Source: Chthonomonas calidirosea
Lineage (GTDB): Bacteria; Armatimonadota; Fimbriimonadia; Fimbriimonadales; Fimbriimonadaceae
Assembly (NCBI GenBank): GCA_945859975.1
Contig: CAMAPH010000001.1
Coordinates: 64,001 to 128,000 of the forward strand
Direction of reading: 5' to 3'
DNA: 64,000 nucleotides
Shown piece after piece: positions 38,277 through 48,052 of the stretch. The notes under the pieces are model-generated. The model did no database searches. It was not told where the DNA came from and was given only the letters and a program-made list of their open reading frames with translations. Numbering within the stretch: position 1 is the stretch's first letter; each line of letters begins with the position of its first letter. Both the position numbers and the translations under genes were made by a program.

Positions 38277-41200
38277 TAGCTTAGCTCCTGCGATAGATCG
38301 AGGGCGAATGGGCAGTATGGATCATTTGCTAGCGCTAAGTTCAGCACTAGCCGTGCAGATTCAAAGTTGCCTAATCCCGCATAGGCTTGAGCAAGCATAA
38401 GATCGGCAGACTTGTTTTGTCTAGCCTGTAGATTGTCTTTAAACAGAAGCATTGTTGGTAGAGATGTTGCGAAGTAGTCGATTTTGGCCGTCATGGTCCG
38501 AAGCTGAATGGCGTAGTTCTTCAGGGCTAGAAGCATCTCCTCTGCTTCCACCGCTCTCCCTAGTGCTTGCAGAGACCTTGCTTGGAAGTAGGAGAGTTCC
38601 GAGTGCTGTAGAACGCTCATTTCTTGAAAGTCGCCCTTGAAGTTGGCTGCTCGTTCATAGTGGCTACGAGCCGCCGCATGGTCTCCCAGTGCCGCGTAGT
38701 GGGTCGCAGCTTGATACCAGAGGTTGCTGGCGTTGGCGAGTGCATGTCGACTTTCGCCGAGATTATCGGGGGGATTGATTGCGGCAAGAATATGTTGGAG
38801 TTTTTGCTCAGGTGCCTCGGCTTCTCGGCTTAAAAGTTCTTGTGCTCTTGCCCAGGCACCAAGGGCGATACCTTCTCCGCCTTCCCAGGGGGTGAAAGTC
38901 TTGCTACTCAGAACCTCTACGGCTCGGCGTGGATTGCCAGTGATGTTGAGTAGAGTGGCGTACTCTAGCGTTAGATCATCTCGCTTTGAGTTGAGATCCG
39001 GCTTTGATTCCAAGCGGGCGAGTCGTTCTATGGCGGCCGATCCTAGTCGTTTGTCGAGTTGGTCTCGTTCGTAGAGGAATCGTGCTTCTGCTGGCTCGGC
39101 CTCCATCGCTTTTTCATAGCACGTCATGGATGCGGCTGCGTCACCTTGGATATTGAACTTGCCGATTCCAAGGTTCCTCCAGGCAACGGCCAAACTTGGA
39201 TTTGCTTCTACTGCCCTTTCCCAACATGCGATGCCATCAAGGTGTCGCCGACGGTCGTAGTAGAAGTTCCCGAGCAACATCAGGGCGACGGCGTCGACTG
39301 GATATCGCTCGACGTGGGATTCAAGTTTTTTAAGTTCTTGAAGCCGATTTGGGAAAAGGTCAGCCAGCTTCGCCGTGTGTGGACACTTTTCGCCAAGAAA
39401 CACTTTAGCCATCGGATCTTGGTCAGCGACTTGTCCGATGAGTACGCGGGCTTCGGATTCGGCACCTACTTCTTCTAGGTTAATCGCCAAGTCTAAACGT
39501 GATTGGAAGTTATCCAGCACGGCCGTGTTATAACGCCGCGTGATCTCATCCGTGGTCGAATCCGGGAGCATGTGGAGTTCATAGAGCGCCCAATGGTCAA
39601 GCGGATCGACTTTGAGTACAGAGTCGAGAACTTCTTTTGACTTGGCTTGCTCACCGAGTTTGCGGTAGCAATGAGCTTCCATGCAATGCAAGTCGTTCGC
39701 ATCTGCTAGAGAGAGCTTCGCGGTGGAAAGAAGGCTTAGTGCATGATCGTACTTGCCTTCTCTCATTGCAATACGGGCCATTGCCATATGCGAAGCTCCT
39801 TTCGTGGCGTAGTTCCAGGCGGCTTTGCCGAAGTGGTTATAGGCAGACCGATACTCGCCCCCCAGTTCCTCCGTTACCCCTAGCAGATAGTAGGCTTCTC
39901 CAGAATTTGGGTTCGGGTTCAGTTTTGTCTGTAATTCAATCGCAGATTTGAACCGAGTCTTAGCTTCCGCCCACAGACCTCGCTGCAGGGCTCGTTTGCC
40001 AAGGCAAACGTGACTCTCAACGTGTCCAGGGTCACGACGGAGAGCCTCGTGCCAGTAGTCCTCAGGTGCTCGAGTCGCGTGGCGGTACTGGTCTAGATGG
40101 ACTGCAATGCGATGAAGCTCAGAAACGGAATCAACTTCTGACGGTAATTTTGGCTCTTGTGCCTGCACCGGAGCGGGCTGCTCACTCAGCTTTGAAAAGT
40201 CAAATGAAACAAGTTCGACTCCGTCTGCGGACACCAATGATGCTGAAAGAATTTCGGAATCGAAGGTCCGGAGGAGCGGATCCTCTAGCGATACATTTAC
40301 CGTCTCTTCCCGAGTCTGATCTCCATATCGGACGGTCAGGAGCGCTCCTGCTACGGGGGCGGAAGGGCAGATGCCTAGACGATTACCGTCGACCGATAGG
40401 GCAGCATGTCGGGTTGCGTTTGCGGCTGGGCCAATTTTTCGGATAGGGTACCAAAACTGACTGAATACCTTTGTCTCGTATGGCGCAATGAAAGAAAAGT
40501 CGGGTTGGTTGTCGGTGTAAACACCCGCCATTAGCTCAACGTAGGGCCCACCTTCATCGGTTAAGTTACGATCCCACGCGTATCCGAACTCGTGATTTCC
40601 CCACGTCCATTGCTTCTTGCCGGGCGAGATTGTTCGGTCGGCTACGTGGATAAACCCAGCCTCAGCCTGATGATCGTAGCCACCGAAGAACTCAAAGTCG
40701 GTCGCCGTAACCATGTACGATGTGGGAACGGGAATATTGGCGTACCAGTCAAGCCGATTCGGATCAACGTCTGCGAGGGGATTGAAGTGACTTGGCACCT
40801 CATTCTCCGGAATCCCGTTTGAAGGACGCTCGCCGTAAGCTACGCCGTAGTACGATGTATCGCAGGCAGGAAAGCTTGAAGTAGCTCGCTTTGCATGATC
40901 GGCAACCGACGCGACATCTTTCGGAAAGAACGATTGATAGAACTCGTGAACGCGGGCTGCCACGTTTGCCCACCAAAGAAAGGTCTGCGTTAGCGGCGTT
41001 CGATTGTAGAGCCTTGCCTTGAGTTCAATGAGGCTACTCTCAGGTCGCAACTTGAGACCATGCATCCCTTTCATTCGATTCATCGGCTCGTGCTCACTTA
41101 GCCAGTAGATCTTCGAACCATCTTCTTCAACCTCAAGGCACCATTCGCATGGCATGTAGGTGCTCGGACGGTGATGTTGGGGCCAGTTGAATTCGACACC

Positions 41201-41551
41201 ACCCGAGATCCAAGGACCCGCAAGTCCGACGAGAGCAGGCTTAATCACTTCCTGTCGATAGAAAAAGTCGTAATTCGAAACCTTGTCGTATCCGATGTGG
41301 ATGCGTCCTCCAATCTCAGGAAGGATCATTAGCTCGACGTACTTATTTGCGAGCGAGAGTGCTTCATAGCTCTTGGGACACTTGGTTGTTGAGACTGAAC
41401 TATAGAATGGAAGAGGATAGACTCGTCCACTGCTTCCCTGATACACCCGAGTTTCAAGGAACATTGGAGCTTGCTCAGGAGCGCCAACCGAGTATGTATC
41501 GAACGTTACGGTATGTGATTTCGCGGTGACCTGATCTTTGGAAGTCATCAT
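38276..41551 (-). CDS. DUF5107-domain protein with long TPR array
   Basis: LPEIGGRI, IKPALVGLAGPWISGGVEFNWPQHHRP, PGKK.WTWG, YVELMAG.YTDNQPDF, then TPR repeats. Start at ATG 41551 (ATGA overlap). Confidence 0.85.
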   Translation of the reverse strand: MMTSKDQVTAKSHTVTFDTYSVGAPEQAPMFLETRVYQGSSGRVYPLPFYSSVSTTKCPKSYEALSLANKYVELMILPEIGGRIHIGYDKVSNYDFFYRQEVIKPALVGLAGPWISGGVEFNWPQHHRPSTYMPCEWCLEVEEDGSKIYWLSEHEPMNRMKGMHGLKLRPESSLIELKARLYNRTPLTQTFLWWANVAARVHEFYQSFFPKDVASVADHAKRATSSFPACDTSYYGVAYGERPSNGIPENEVPSHFNPLADVDPNRLDWYANIPVPTSYMVTATDFEFFGGYDHQAEAGFIHVADRTISPGKKQWTWGNHEFGYAWDRNLTDEGGPYVELMAGVYTDNQPDFSFIAPYETKVFSQFWYPIRKIGPAANATRHAALSVDGNRLGICPSAPVAGALLTVRYGDQTREETVNVSLEDPLLRTFDSEILSASLVSADGVELVSFDFSKLSEQPAPVQAQEPKLPSEVDSVSELHRIAVHLDQYRHATRAPEDYWHEALRRDPGHVESHVCLGKRALQRGLWAEAKTRFKSAIELQTKLNPNPNSGEAYYLLGVTEELGGEYRSAYNHFGKAAWNYATKGASHMAMARIAMREGKYDHALSLLSTAKLSLADANDLHCMEAHCYRKLGEQAKSKEVLDSVLKVDPLDHWALYELHMLPDSTTDEITRRYNTAVLDNFQSRLDLAINLEEVGAESEARVLIGQVADQDPMAKVFLGEKCPHTAKLADLFPNRLQELKKLESHVERYPVDAVALMLLGNFYYDRRRHLDGIACWERAVEANPSLAVAWRNLGIGKFNIQGDAAASMTCYEKAMEAEPAEARFLYERDQLDKRLGSAAIERLARLESKPDLNSKRDDLTLEYATLLNITGNPRRAVEVLSSKTFTPWEGGEGIALGAWARAQELLSREAEAPEQKLQHILAAINPPDNLGESRHALANASNLWYQAATHYAALGDHAAARSHYERAANFKGDFQEMSVLQHSELSYFQARSLQALGRAVEAEEMLLALKNYAIQLRTMTAKIDYFATSLPTMLLFKDNLQARQNKSADLMLAQAYAGLGNFESARLVLNLALANDPYCPFALDLSQELS

Positions 41552-42408
41552 TTTAATCCCGTGGTGGAAATGCCTTGCACAAATGCCTTTTGGGCGACGA
41601 AGTAAACAATAATCACTGGCGCGATGACCATCAGCGACGCGGCCATCAGAAGGTTCCAGGGCGTTCCGGTGTGCTGGTTTTGGAAAGCTTGCAATCCGAG
41701 CGAGACGGTGAAGTTTCGCTGATCCGTTAGATAAAGTAGGGGTCCCAGGAAGTCGTTCCAAGACCAAAGGAACGTGAAGACGGCCACGACGGTAAGTGCA
41801 GGCTTCGCAAGCGGGATGATGACTTTCAGAAACACACCAAACGGGCTGGCACCGTCAAGGACGGCAGCCTCGCTTAGCTCCTTCGGAATTGCCATGAAGA
41901 ACTGGCGAAGGAGGAAGATGTTAAAGGCACTACCGAAGAAGGTAGGAACCCACAGGGGCCTGAAGGTTCCAATCCAACCAAAGTCGCGAAACAGCTTATA
42001 GAGAGGAACGATTAGAATCGGACCGGGAACCATCATGGTTGCCAGGGTTAGCGCGAAGAGCCATCTCTTCCCTTTCCACTCAAGGCATCCAAACGCATAT
42101 CCAACGAGACTGTTTGAGATCACCGATCCGGTGATGCACAGAATCGCTAAAAGAACAGAGTTCTGCGCATAGCGCAGAAACGGGATGTATCCCAACTCTT
42201 TGGAACCATACGTCACCGCATCGGAGTAGTTCGAAACCTGAATTTTGTCCGGGATCCACTTTGGCGGACTCGTCATCGTCTCATCCAGCGGCTTCAAAGA
42301 CGTCACAACCATCCAAACGAGCGGAAGCGCAAACAGGAAAGCTAGAACGAGCAGCGCTCCAAGCTGAAGAGCCTTTGTTAAAAGTATTTTTTGTTCCTTT
42401 GAAAGCAT
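41548..42408 (-). CDS. Carbohydrate ABC transporter permease (MalG-like)
   Basis: IPKELSEAAVLDGA (EAA loop) and WNDFLGPL. Start at ATG 42408 (TAATG overlap). Confidence 0.9.
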   Translation of the reverse strand: MLSKEQKILLTKALQLGALLVLAFLFALPLVWMVVTSLKPLDETMTSPPKWIPDKIQVSNYSDAVTYGSKELGYIPFLRYAQNSVLLAILCITGSVISNSLVGYAFGCLEWKGKRWLFALTLATMMVPGPILIVPLYKLFRDFGWIGTFRPLWVPTFFGSAFNIFLLRQFFMAIPKELSEAAVLDGASPFGVFLKVIIPLAKPALTVVAVFTFLWSWNDFLGPLLYLTDQRNFTVSLGLQAFQNQHTGTPWNLLMAASLMVIAPVIIVYFVAQKAFVQGISTTGLK

Positions 42409-43289
42409 TACGCGCCACCTCCGTAGTGGACATGCCGATCTCCCAACCGCAGGGAGACCAAAGAGAGGATCATCGTGGCAAGGAAGAGCACCCAACCCAT
42501 GGCGCTCGCATATCCCATGCGCTGATAGAGGAATGCATTGTCGTACAAGTACATTGCCACGACGTAAGTTGAGCGGGCCGGTTGACCTCCCGGGAACATA
42601 ACGAAAGGCAGAGCGAAGGTTTGCAGTGACCCAATGATGCCCATGATCACGTTGAACTGAATGACGGGAGAGATCATTGGTAGCGTGATGCTCTTGGTCT
42701 TTTGCCACGCCGAAGCACCGTCAAGCTCGCCAGCCTCATAGAGAGATTGCGGAACGTCCTGTAAACCAGCTAAGTAGATCACCATGGCATTTCCGCAGCC
42801 CCACATCGAAATCATGATGAGGGTAGCTTTGGCCCAGCTTGGATCAGTTAACCAAGGAACCGCTTTGATTCCGAACTTTGATAGCCCCTCATTAAGCAAT
42901 CCATATTGACCATTAAATATCCAGAGCCAAAGGACCGCCAAGGCAACCGTCGGGACGAGAGACGGAATATAGAATAGGGTTCGATATAGGCTGATCCCTT
43001 TCCGTTTCGTATTGAGCAACAAGGCAAGACAAATGGCAAGCGCAGTTGTGAGAGGGACACTTGCGGCACAAATGATCAGCGTGTTAGATAGCGCTTTCAG
43101 GAAGATTTCATCCTGCATCAACTCCTGATAGTTACTCAGCCCAATCCAAACTGGTGGCTTCAGGATCGAATAGCTGGTAAAGCTAAAGTACAATGAGGAT
43201 ATCACGGGATAGAACAAGAATATTCCCATCCCAAGAATCCACGGGCTGGCAAACAACAGCCCAATGACATTTTGGCGGTTGCTTCTCAT
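42408..43289 (-). CDS. Carbohydrate ABC transporter permease (MalF-like)
   Basis: GLSNY, YLAGLQDVP.SLYEAGELDGA, MGYASA motifs. Confidence 0.92.
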   Translation of the reverse strand: MRSNRQNVIGLLFASPWILGMGIFLFYPVISSLYFSFTSYSILKPPVWIGLSNYQELMQDEIFLKALSNTLIICAASVPLTTALAICLALLLNTKRKGISLYRTLFYIPSLVPTVALAVLWLWIFNGQYGLLNEGLSKFGIKAVPWLTDPSWAKATLIMISMWGCGNAMVIYLAGLQDVPQSLYEAGELDGASAWQKTKSITLPMISPVIQFNVIMGIIGSLQTFALPFVMFPGGQPARSTYVVAMYLYDNAFLYQRMGYASAMGWVLFLATMILSLVSLRLGDRHVHYGGGA

Positions 43290-44596
43290 TTACCCAAGAC
43301 CTGCTGTTGATACTTGGCCCACATGGCAACCAGCCTCGACTGCGCTTGATCCAAGGCGGCTTGGGGAGTGAGTTCACCGAGTTCCATTTGGTCAACCGCA
43401 TTTCCAACTTCGGAACCAATCTGGGCTCTAATTCCGAGCGGTACGGGTGGAACCGCCCGCGAACTCTTGGCTAGCTTATCGAAGAGAACGATGGCTTTGT
43501 TCGGATGACTGGTTAAGAACTTCTGGCTTGAGTTGGATAGTGGTGAGTTGCACTGCTGATCCATGCAGAGTTGTTCCATGTTCTTCTGTTCCTGCACAAA
43601 AGCCAGAAACCGAAAGGCTTCACGCGCATGCTTCGCGCCCTTTGGAATGACAAGCGTATTGAGATTCATCGTTGAAAATCCTGCTAGTTCGGGGTGATTG
43701 TCGGGGTGTGGAAATGGCACGGCGAACCAGTCCATCGAAGGTTTAAACATTCGGATGTAGTTACTAAACCAGGGCCCATCAGCATAGGTGGCTAGCTTTC
43801 CACTCAAGAACGGGTTCTGCGGCGAGGAGTAGTTGCCAAATCCACTCCGAAAGGACTTTGTTTCCGTCACTCCATAACGGTCGGTAAAACTTTTTACCCA
43901 CGTCCACGCTTCCAGATCATCTTTGCCATTAACATTGATCTGGCCATCTTGCAAGAATCCATCGCCAAAGACATAAGGCATATTCCAAAGTCCCCAGCCA
44001 TCGCGTGGCATAAACGACGCAACCAGCAGTTTGCCGGAAGAATCCCGCCGGTCAGTTTGCTCCGCAAACTTATTGAACTCCGAGATCGTTTTGGGGAACG
44101 TCTCCGGACTTGCGTATTGAGGCGGAACTAGTTGACGGTTTACATACAGCGCGCCCGACCCGGGAGATGTCGGAAGCGCATACAAGCGACCGTAGGCCGA
44201 GCAGATGCTCCAGTAAGCCGGAATATAGTTCTCTTCAACGACCCCAGCGTCTTTCGCCAGATCGGAGAGGTCGGTTAGAGCATTAAGGTCAACGAACTGC
44301 ACCACCTGATCTCCCCAGAGCCCGGCGATGTCTGGTGGTGTACCGCCACTCGTTGCGAGGAGCGTCTTGTCCGCAATTCCAGAAACGCTCAAGTACTTGA
44401 CGTGAATTTCAGATTGGGAAGCGTTAAACTTATCGACGATCCGCTTCATCGCCTCCATCTCCTCTCCCGTCCACTTTTCCCAGTACTGAACCTCGATCCT
44501 ATCGGTTTTGCTCACAGACACCTGGGACGACTCAAGCCCGCATGCGCATGCGATGCCAAGGAGGACACAGAGTACGGTTGGTAGTAAGTTATTCAT
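43286..44596 (-). CDS. Sugar ABC transporter substrate-binding protein
   Basis: Signal/lipoprotein-like N-terminus, WEKWTG.E, GTPPDIA, YALP, F.SGK.A...DGPW motifs. Confidence 0.88.
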   Translation of the reverse strand: MNNLLPTVLCVLLGIACACGLESSQVSVSKTDRIEVQYWEKWTGEEMEAMKRIVDKFNASQSEIHVKYLSVSGIADKTLLATSGGTPPDIAGLWGDQVVQFVDLNALTDLSDLAKDAGVVEENYIPAYWSICSAYGRLYALPTSPGSGALYVNRQLVPPQYASPETFPKTISEFNKFAEQTDRRDSSGKLLVASFMPRDGWGLWNMPYVFGDGFLQDGQINVNGKDDLEAWTWVKSFTDRYGVTETKSFRSGFGNYSSPQNPFLSGKLATYADGPWFSNYIRMFKPSMDWFAVPFPHPDNHPELAGFSTMNLNTLVIPKGAKHAREAFRFLAFVQEQKNMEQLCMDQQCNSPLSNSSQKFLTSHPNKAIVLFDKLAKSSRAVPPVPLGIRAQIGSEVGNAVDQMELGELTPQAALDQAQSRLVAMWAKYQQQVLGK

Positions 44597-44836
44597 GAGA
44601 GCAGCCTAGAGCATCAAGACTTCGGCATTCTGTTAATTCATAACCCACAGAATATCGGCAATGCGTGTGCCATGAGCAGATGACCGAAGATTGCCGAAGG
44701 GATGTTATGTTGGCCGGCAACCGTAAGCACTTGCAAAGACCATTTTGCAACGTACTTTTCTCCGATATTTGCCCTTCAAAAGCGACGGCCAAGCTCGTTT
44801 GACTTTCCAAATCACAGCTGTTTTGAAGTTGAGCCG

Positions 44837-45895
44837 TCATGATTCACTGTTTGTCATGCGTGACGTTCCACTCGTTGTGCCCTGCACGAAATGAACCGGG
44901 GACAGTTCGTGGCGTACCGGGCAGTAAGGGTTGAGGATGACGTCGTCTAACAGCTTTGCCCCGACTTGGGCGAGGTGCCGCAGATTGACAGAAACCGAAG
45001 ACACAACGTGCCTTGACGTGGATGGCCAATGAATGGCGTCGTAGCCAAATACGGCTAGCTGATCTGGAATTTCGATTCCTAGCTCTTCACAAACTTCGAT
45101 GAAGGCGTAAGCGCGCCGGTCATGCCAGCAGAATGCGGCAGTGGGAAGCGTGTTGGATTCTCGCATCTCGGAGAGTTGCCGGCGCATCTGTTCCGACTCA
45201 CCGTTCCAACACGCGACCTGGGTGACGACACCTTCCTTTTCAAGACGCGAGCTTAAAAGTCGAATTCGCAGGTCAGCATCCCGGATATCCGAGTGGTCCG
45301 ATGTCACGGCAAGGACAGATCGGTGCCCTTCCCGAACGATCTGGTCCGCCACCGATTCCATGCCAGAGTAGACATCGTCCCCAACAGAACTGTACTGACC
45401 AAGTGGATCGTGACTGTTCAGAATGACCACGGGAGTGATGGAGCTCCGCAGCAGTGCAACCAATGGGTCATCAGCAGCAGGTGCGAACATGAGCACCCCT
45501 TCAGCAATTCCACCGTTCAAGAACTCAAACGTTTCTTGAATGCTTCGGTTGAAGTTGCACTGGATCAGTACGTCGTAGCCAATTTCGCCGCATGCCGTTT
45601 CAACCGCCGAGGAGATCTGGTCCATGTAAATGTCCCCCCATTCGCGGTGGCGGAATGTGCTGTAGAGCGAAACAATATGCGTTCTGCCCTTTCGAAGGGA
45701 TCTCGTGAGCATGTTGGGAGCAAATCCCTGAAGGGCAGCGGCGGCTCGGATCTTGTTGGCCGTAGCTTCAGAGATTCGTCTCTCGGTTGATTTTCCACTC
45801 AGTACAAGGGATGCCGTAGAAACTGAGACGCCAGCCGCAATTGCGACACTTGAGAGCGTCGGTCGATTTTTGTCTCTATCAGTTGGCATCATCAT
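44837..45895 (-). CDS. LacI-family transcriptional regulator
   Basis: TLSSVAIAAGVSVSTASLVL HTH and IPDQLAVFGYD. Confidence 0.92.
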   Translation of the reverse strand: MMMPTDRDKNRPTLSSVAIAAGVSVSTASLVLSGKSTERRISEATANKIRAAAALQGFAPNMLTRSLRKGRTHIVSLYSTFRHREWGDIYMDQISSAVETACGEIGYDVLIQCNFNRSIQETFEFLNGGIAEGVLMFAPAADDPLVALLRSSITPVVILNSHDPLGQYSSVGDDVYSGMESVADQIVREGHRSVLAVTSDHSDIRDADLRIRLLSSRLEKEGVVTQVACWNGESEQMRRQLSEMRESNTLPTAAFCWHDRRAYAFIEVCEELGIEIPDQLAVFGYDAIHWPSTSRHVVSSVSVNLRHLAQVGAKLLDDVILNPYCPVRHELSPVHFVQGTTSGTSRMTNSES

Positions 45896-45897
45896 CG

Positions 45898-45961
45898 TTG
45901 CTCAAACATTTGACCTGATGGGAACGAATTTTGGCACAGATTTTGCTCAAACATTTGACCT
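45898..45961. promoter_or_regulatory. Two identical LacI-type operators (45898-45916 and 45943-45961)
   Basis: 19-bp direct repeat TTGCTCAAACATTTGACCT with palindromic core TCAAA-CA-TTTGA, 45 bp apart, immediately upstream of lacI. Confidence 0.8.
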
Positions 45962-46277
45962 CAGCACAGAATTTTTCGAATGTTTTCCTCATGCCATTAG
46001 CATCCTTTGTATTAAGACTGTGAAGTGACCGTGTCCACCCTGCAATATCCTGGCTGTATTTGGGCTCAAAACAGCCTGAAGTCAATGTAGGCGCCTCTAA
46101 GTGGATGCTCATTTCCTAACTAGTTTAGGGAATTCGACGCAGACCTGAAAGGACCAACAGAACTTTAAAGCATCACGATGCATGGCCTAGCCGGACGCAA
46201 CGCGAGCGTATGGACGATGGTGGAATCGGAATCTCCAAAATCTCCCAGTTGACAACCAGAGAGAACCTGAGTCCGAG

Positions 46278-46799
46278 TCAGCCCACGATCGCCGCGACGA
46301 TTTCGTGGTAGCGCTCCTCATCGATCCCATTCCGCTGCTCTATGGCCAGCGGGTGGGTTGAGTCGGCCGGGAGGAAGAAGCTGGGACGGAGGTCGGGGGG
46401 GCCGAATTGGATCTCGACGGGCAGGCCGACGGAGTCCGGGAAGAGGGAGATTTTGCAGGCGATTTTGCCAAACACTCTCGGCTCGTTTGAACCGTCGAGT
46501 TCCCAGATTTCGGAGTACCGTTTCAGTACCGATTCACTGACTTCGGCCCAGAGGCCCCATCCCCAGCGGCCGGGTCCGAACTTGTACGGCACTTCCAGCA
46601 TTCCCCGGACGAACCAACGGCCGTCGACAAAGGACATGTCCTCGGACCATTCGAGCATCTCGTTTCGGTGCTCTTCACCAGCCGCCCAGACGTCGTCGGG
46701 CAGTTTCCATGCGTAATCCGAAATGGCGCCCTCATGGGTTTTCCCGCAAACACCGCACACCCACGAGCTCTGAGGCTTCTCTTTCTTCCACGGCCACAT
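46278..46799 (-). CDS. DUF2199-domain protein
   Basis: C..CG..H, FVRG.LE.P, WG.W..VS, RP...L....HPLA.EQ..GI motifs. Confidence 0.8.
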   Translation of the reverse strand: MWPWKKEKPQSSWVCGVCGKTHEGAISDYAWKLPDDVWAAGEEHRNEMLEWSEDMSFVDGRWFVRGMLEVPYKFGPGRWGWGLWAEVSESVLKRYSEIWELDGSNEPRVFGKIACKISLFPDSVGLPVEIQFGPPDLRPSFFLPADSTHPLAIEQRNGIDEERYHEIVAAIVG

Positions 46800-46849
46800 G
46801 CGTGCATTTTACGCAATGGGTCTCTGGTGAATTGGGTTGGTTATTCCCT

Positions 46850-47257
46850 CTAGTCGGTGACCACAGCCACTTCGAGCGCAGACTGTTGGACGAACGCTAA
46901 CGGTGACTTTTTCTCGTCGAGGACGGCGAGTAACTCACACACGCGATCAGTGGTCATTTCCCCCGACAATCCGCGACCGTCGAAGATGCTGCCCGCGTCT
47001 TCCGAGGTGTATGGGCCATAGAGCACGAAGCTGACCCTCGAATCCTTGCCGGTGCTTTCTCCGAAGTAGATCTCCAAGTTGAATTCGTGATTGGTCACGA
47101 TGATCCAAGCGTGGTGGCCACTTGCGCCGGTTCGGTAGCTGCTGACGGATGGAGCCGCGGCGAGCTGCTTGACCAAGCTTTTGAGTTCGACCAGCGTGTG
47201 GGCAGTGAAGCTAACTTGGTTTTCCAAGTGCCATTGGCCGTGGAACGCGTCCAGCAT
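46850..47257 (-). CDS. Hypothetical protein
   Basis: 135-aa ORF filling the gap, GAGGA upstream; no recognisable motif. Confidence 0.55.
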   Translation of the reverse strand: MLDAFHGQWHLENQVSFTAHTLVELKSLVKQLAAAPSVSSYRTGASGHHAWIIVTNHEFNLEIYFGESTGKDSRVSFVLYGPYTSEDAGSIFDGRGLSGEMTTDRVCELLAVLDEKKSPLAFVQQSALEVAVVTD

Positions 47258-47288
47258 TCCTCAATATTGACAGGCTCTGACCAAACGC

Positions 47289-47621
47289 CTAACGAATCGT
47301 CAGCCGTTCGATCTTCCCTTTTTGCAGCACAAAATCGTAGTCGAACTCGATGGGGCTACCGGGGAAATCGCCGGAAACGAGGGCGGTTACGGTGGTTGTA
47401 TCGCCTTGCTCTTCGTGGCGAAGAATCTCGGTCGAAAGGTTGTAGTCGGCGGTGGTTCCGGATAGCCATTGAAGGATCTGGTCCTTCCCGGTCAGCTCGG
47501 CATTCTCGCCGGTGTCGTTCACTACGGCATTCTCGGAAAAGCAAGCGAGCACTTCATCGTGCTGTCCTGAGGACTTGGCGCGGAAGTACGTGGCGATGGG
47601 TTCTTTAAGTTCGATGCTCAT
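47289..47621 (-). CDS. NTF2/SnoaL-like protein
   Basis: I..YF.A...D....CF...AVV.D.G...G...I..W and VSGDFPGSP..F.Y.F motifs. Confidence 0.85.
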   Translation of the reverse strand: MSIELKEPIATYFRAKSSGQHDEVLACFSENAVVNDTGENAELTGKDQILQWLSGTTADYNLSTEILRHEEQGDTTTVTALVSGDFPGSPIEFDYDFVLQKGKIERLTIR

Positions 47622-47659
47622 GGTCGTTGTTGTTTGATGTTGTGCGCTATGATTTCTTT

Positions 47660-48052
47660 ATGTCAAGTACTCACCAAAAAGTAAGTGCCTTGGATACGGC
47701 GACCGGGCGGCCCGATTACACGCCGGAAACGGCCGCGCGGGGAGTGATGGAGGCGGTGCGGATTTTGGAAGGGCGATGGAAGCTCTCCATCCTGTTTCAC
47801 TTGTTCGATAAGGGAACGCTCCGCTTTTCCGAACTGTCGCGGGCGATTCCGGAGATTTCCGAGAAGATGCTGATTCAGCAGTTGCGCCAGCTTGAGGCGG
47901 ACGGAGTCGTCTCGCGGCACATTTATCCGCAGGTTCCGCCAAAGGTCGACTATTCGTTGACGGAGGTCGGCAAAGCCCTGTGCCCGGCGCTGGACGCGAT
48001 TTTGCTTTGGGCGGAGCAGCGGGAGCGGTTACGGGCTTGTGCCGGCGATTGA
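47660..48052 (+). CDS. HxlR-family winged-helix regulator
   Basis: GRWKLSIL..L, RFSEL.R.IP.ISEKML.QQLRQLE.DG.V.R..Y..VPPKVDYSLT. Start at ATG 47660. Confidence 0.9.
   Translation: MSSTHQKVSALDTATGRPDYTPETAARGVMEAVRILEGRWKLSILFHLFDKGTLRFSELSRAIPEISEKMLIQQLRQLEADGVVSRHIYPQVPPKVDYSLTEVGKALCPALDAILLWAEQRERLRACAGD
47661..47686. promoter_or_regulatory. Putative HxlR operator next to a perfect TTGACA (-35, minus strand) for the SnoaL-like gene
   Basis: ACTCAC-N6-GTAAGT inverted repeat (47669-47686); tgtcaa at 47661-47666. Confidence 0.6.

Larger units (their letters stand above)
28637..46277. mobile_element. Putative tRNA-Ala-anchored accessory island (glycan utilisation); no integrase or attR found
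   Basis: Begins at the tRNA 3' end with repeat arrays. Has long intergenic gaps and is visibly more AT-rich (especially 33.7-46.2 kb) than the flanks. Right boundary approximate. Confidence 0.4.

Noticed and set aside
44589..44840. 83-aa Cys/Ser-rich ORF between lacI and the SBP gene
   Set aside because: It overlaps the lacI stop by ATGA, but the composition is atypical and no motif is recognisable; not supportable without homology.
46100..46277. attR (duplicated tRNA-Ala 3' end) at the right island boundary
   Set aside because: No match to the tRNA 3' sequence found by eye; only short palindromes.
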